Under the pieces are notes generated by a model, which saw only the letters and a program-made list of their open reading frames with translations, ran no database searches and was not told the origin of the DNA. Below are positions 59,337-64,000 of a stretch of DNA of 64,000 nt, in pieces. This stretch comes from Cirrosporium novae-zelandiae (taxonomy: Eukaryota). A program made the translations under genes and the position numbers. Every line of letters begins with the position of its first letter. Positions within the stretch are counted from its first letter, which is position 1. Where the stretch lies: positions 1-64,000 of the forward strand of contig JAPETS010000044.1 of assembly GCA_026023565.1 (NCBI GenBank). The letters run 5' to 3'.

Positions 59337-62300
59337 GGTACAGACATAATAAACAGGACGAGTCTCGGAACCACAAGCCCATGGAAGCTTCCGTCTGCTG
59401 CAAAGGATCTCAACGTCAAAAGAACAAAAACATATTAAACTGAAAACTTTGAAATAGCGTGCTAGTTTCAGGAGTTATATACAGAATGCAGGCTGGGGTA
59501 GCTTTGGTACTAAATCTTTTTAGTTTGGTTAATAATTATACTTTGGTTGAACTTGCTTTGTGAATTTGGGATATTTACACTTTTTATGATATGGGTAGTT
59601 TAGCTAGTATAATACATGTGTGTATGGTTGTGTTTAAATTTGCTCGGTATGAATTTAGGACCTACTACTACTCTTACTTCCTACTAATTCCTCACTCCCC
59701 CCTTCCCCCTCCTCCACACTCTCTCTATTACAAGCACAACCAAATTATATTATCCCAACACCTAAATATATATATCTATTTTATTCAAGTAGCGGATTAT
59801 ACCTACCTACCCCCCATATATCCTGTTGGATTTAGCTGGGTAAGAAGAGTCTTAGCTTGCGCTTGCGTTTTAACAAGGAACAATATAATTCAAACCCCTT
59901 TTTTTATTAGATACGAGGAATCAATATCCCGTTAGGTCCCCTCTCCATATTTCCTGCCTCCCTCTCAAACATGTATACATGTATACGAATCCACCATTCT
60001 CATCTAATACCCAATACCCAATACCTAATACCCAACCCCTGCTAGTAAAAACATCGCCCCTCCCCTTTTTTTAATTCCCACCCCCAATCACTCAATCACT
60101 CAATCATACCCCTCACACTCCACCTCCACCTGCCCTTCTAAATCTCATAATCTCATAATCTCACAGCCCGTTCCGGTCTGTTCCCTCCCCCCACGTATAA
60201 AATCCAAATTCCAGATCCATCCACTTACACATCCACATACTGACTGCACCATTCATTCTTCCTCCCTTGATATTTCTCTCTTTTAGACTTTCCGAGATCA
60301 TTCAACTACCCATACTACCTAGTGTAAACATAGTGCATAGTGTAAGTCTCTCGTTTAGAGTAAATTAGGTCCCAGAAGCGATTTTTCGAGTTGGATAAAA
60401 TTATTTCCATATTATATAGCCAGCGTAACTACCCCAAAAATAATAACTTGGAAAACCCACAGGAGAGTTATATCCTCAACGAAATAACCATAAATAACCC
60501 ATGAGAGTGCTTCTCCATCCCTTTCCCTGAATATACATGAGAAACTCCCCCCCCCCCCCTTTTATCCAAGAAATACCTTCCTTTCTTACCTTCCTTCCAT
60601 TATACATCCTTTCCCCTTCCCCCCTCCTCAAATTCCGCCCATCCACCCATCCATGCTTCCATCTTTCCAAACCAACCAAACAAAACAAGAACAAAACCAA
60701 ACATGACCAAAACCCAAAAAGACTAAAATGATAAAAATCTCTCGAAAGCTTCTATCAACTAGCAGCTACAGTTTATTTATTGTTCTGCAGCAATTCAATT
60801 CAACTCATGCTTTAGGTTGGCCAAGGGTTTTAAGGTTCTGAAGGTCAGTAAAAAATGGTAGGGTAAGGTAATAGATAAATACTGTATGTATTGTACTGTA
60901 GATGGCTTTGGCTGAGTTCTGCAAATTTGAAGATGTGGATGAAGATCCGGGGGTTTGCAGCTCTATAACTATTAAACTATTTTCTCCTTATCACAATCAC
61001 AATCACAATAACAATAACAATAAAAAAAAATAAATCTTTTTCCAGAGAACTCTCTCTCTCTATATATAAACTTATTATGAAAAACAAAGATCGAACCGCC
61101 CTCTTATTTTCCAATATATTCATTCCATTTCCCAAGACCAAGAATAAAAGGGGAGTGGGGGTTCGAGGGGGGGGGGGTTGAAGTTATGGTTTTGGCTGGG
61201 TGTGTTATATGCAAAAAAAAAGCAGGAAAAGGCAGGAAGTCTTCCCTCAATACACACCAAAATCCCCTGGGCAGGGGAGGAACTAATTAGAGAAGAAAGC
61301 CCCCCTCTCTATTTGAGACAGCGGGAGCCGTAAAGCAAAGTAAAACCGTTTATTGTCTATTTATTTATTTATTTTTTGTTCTGGAAATTTTCCCCAGGAC
61401 GGTAGACCTAGTTTATCTACTTGTTATCTATCTTATCTCCTAGTTTTTTCTTTTTTCAAATTCTTGGAGAAGTTAAAACATGGATATATATATATATATA
61501 TAGATATAAAATGGTTATTATCAATTCTCCTTGAACTGGTTCCTGCGTGTACCTGTTTTATTGAGTAGATCGATCCCCTCTCTGCTCCCTTTATACCACA
61601 TATATTTTCCCTCGTCTCGTCCGCAGAGGGAATTTGTTATGGGCTGTTTAAATATAGTTTTACTCGCTTTGACTAGTTAATAGGTGAAACCACGTCCTTT
61701 TTGGGGGGGGGGGGGCTTAAGGGTTAAGGAGATATTTGGCTTAATTCATTAACACAAAGAAATGTTCGTTGACGGGGGGTCGGGGGGAGAGGTCCTTCTT
61801 CTCTTTTACTTTTATATTTCTTTTTTAATAATGGTTTTATCTTTCTTTATCTATCAATATATATCTAGTATCTTTTCTATTCTTTTCGGTTAATTGAGGT
61901 TATATAACTATTATTTCCTTTTGAATGTTTCCCCCCACATCTACCCCGTTCATTCGAACCTTCTTTTTATGTGTTTCCCCCATATGTATCTATATGTCCT
62001 TCTTTAATGCGAATAATTCTTCCAAAGAAGAAGCTAGCCAGTCCATTTTTTTTCACCAATATTAGATATAACGTAAAGAATAAATTATAATATTAGAAGA
62101 CCGAGGTTATTGTAAAAACCTTTCCCAAGTTTTTAGTCAGCGTACTTTTGATTTTTTTTGCTCAAAGGACTTTCTTTCTTTTCGTTCCTCGTCCTCGTTA
62201 TCCTTCCCCCCGCCAACCCCCGTGAGATATCGATGGTTTTTTTCTTTCTTTGCTAACCAATTCACAAAAAGATCACAGAGAATTGTCTCAAAGCGCCCCC

Positions 62301-64000
62301 TTTTGGCTCCATTCTTGATATTCAAGCCCGTGCCACTAGGTAGGTCCTGATATTGTACTATTCTAAAAAGAACGTTTATTATTCTCACTAAGTTCATGAG
62401 TTATTAATACCACGTGCATGGTAGCTCCTCCTCTCAGGCATGCCGTGTGAAGATTAGAATTTGTGAGCATCTCTTCCTCTGCTTTGATTGTAGGCCATAT
62501 ATCTTTCAAGTGATCCACAAAGGAGTAGATGTTATGAAGGTTGATGGTAGAGTTACCCATAGTTTCGAATTCCACTATACCCTCCTTCGCTGTCGAAGGG
62601 ACCCAATGTATCCTTGGAGCCCGAGACGCCAAGGACGGACATCGCGGAAGAAGATGGCGATGTCAGAAGGTGACGGGTTCGTTGTTTGGAGAGAGAGTCT
62701 CTCGAAGCAGAGGGTTGACCCCATTTCTTTTTTTGGGTCTCAGCCTGAGTTCTTCGAGTTGTGGGTGTCGCGCTTGATCTGGAAGTAGTTGAGATTTGTA
62801 GTTGAAGTTTAGAATTTGTACACTTCTTGCTTAACAAGCCTGTGCAAAGCTATAAAAAATTCAAGCGAGCCAGAATCTTTCCCTTTAAAAGTTTGACTGT
62901 GTAGGTAGAGGATTCAATACCTTGGATCGGGGGGGGTGGGCGTTTTTTTGTTCCTATAATTGTGGTTGAAGTTGTAAAAGCATGGTATAGTGCCTAAATA
63001 AACCTAGACATCAATACACTGTGGTTGTACATTTTAATCCTAAAGGAGAGGGTCAAATGATAGATAGTTCCTGAGAATAGTCTCCATCTAAAAGGCACAC
63101 CTTGCCAGCAGTTAAAGGTCTCGTAATTTCAGCCTTGGTTCTGGAACCCATGAAACAATAATTCTTGGTTTCGCGCACTTTAATTCTAGGGGGAAAATGT
63201 GGTCTGAAAGGAGGGAAGGCAAAGACTGAATCAAATGTATGGTAGCCTCTAAAACATATTATCCATATAATAAATTAACGGTGGTGGTAGTGAGGGATTA
63301 GCCAAATGAGAGTAGGGATGGTTCAGGGTAATTAGGGTGAAGGTATATATAGGCTCGAAAGCAATATTCATCAACTCATTCATGGTAAACCCCCTGCTGA
63401 CGCAGAACCTTTGTAGCATCCTACGTTATCCTTTGTCCTTGGATTATTGAGGGCCGCGAGAGCTCAAAAAGGTTTTGCCGTCCGATTTCATTTTTTTCAG
63501 TGCATGGTCTAGAGCTATATACCACAATTCGAATAAAATATCCCCGCGCGCGTGTGTGTAATGCTTTGCAATCAAAACAGACCCCTATATTTCCGGATTG
63601 TGGTAGGCAACACTAAAAAATTCGATTTAAGGTTAACTTCCTTAGTAGAGTGAATTTTTTGGCAAACTAGGCCTCACAGGTTTGATCTCTAAAGGCCGTT
63701 GCTGCGTAGGTGTGGTTTCTTCTTCTTTTTGATTGTAAAAGAGAATGAAATTGATCAACCGAAGCTTGCGGTGAAAGTATATTCTTTTTTATAAATGCTC
63801 TAGCCCCTGTAAACTCTTGTGGAGGATCAGGAGTTTGACTGTTGAGAATCGCTAATAACTGGTTGTTTACCCTTCAATTTTTTCCTATAATTTTATTGGG
63901 GGGTCCTAGAAGGTATAATTTGCTAACCACCACAAAGGTTTGGAATCACAATTCTTGGGCGAGACTTGAATCTATAAAGAGCTCGCCTGTCTTGCTTGAA

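Noticed and set aside
63430..63700. Possible further transposon fragment
   Set aside because: No TIR pair, TSD or second copy found in the window.

Overview
Gene-dense euchromatin from a filamentous ascomycete (Pezizomycotina), with short GT-AG introns and CTAAC-like branch sites. The left half (2-30 kb) is mostly housekeeping genes: SNIP1/Pml1 FHA protein, LEA-like protein, TSR3, GGA adaptor, RAD54, mitochondrial carrier, GT25 glycosyltransferase, BUD20, a MARVEL-like membrane protein and importin Kap121/Pse1. The right half (31-64 kb) looks accessory. It holds a small secreted protein; a compact trio of Dal5-type MFS permease, ACC deaminase and Zn2Cys6 regulator (candidate ACC-utilisation regulon); a TRI12-like efflux pump bracketed by two inverted copies of a hAT-like MITE; a Gly/Gln-rich prion-like protein; a second Zn2Cys6 + DHA2 efflux pair; and a frameshifted Amun-like HhH locus. 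Two divergent paralogous non-RD protein kinases sit near opposite ends of the window. No rRNA, tRNA or CRISPR array was recognised. Exon boundaries were read by eye and family names come from motif recognition, not from database searches.
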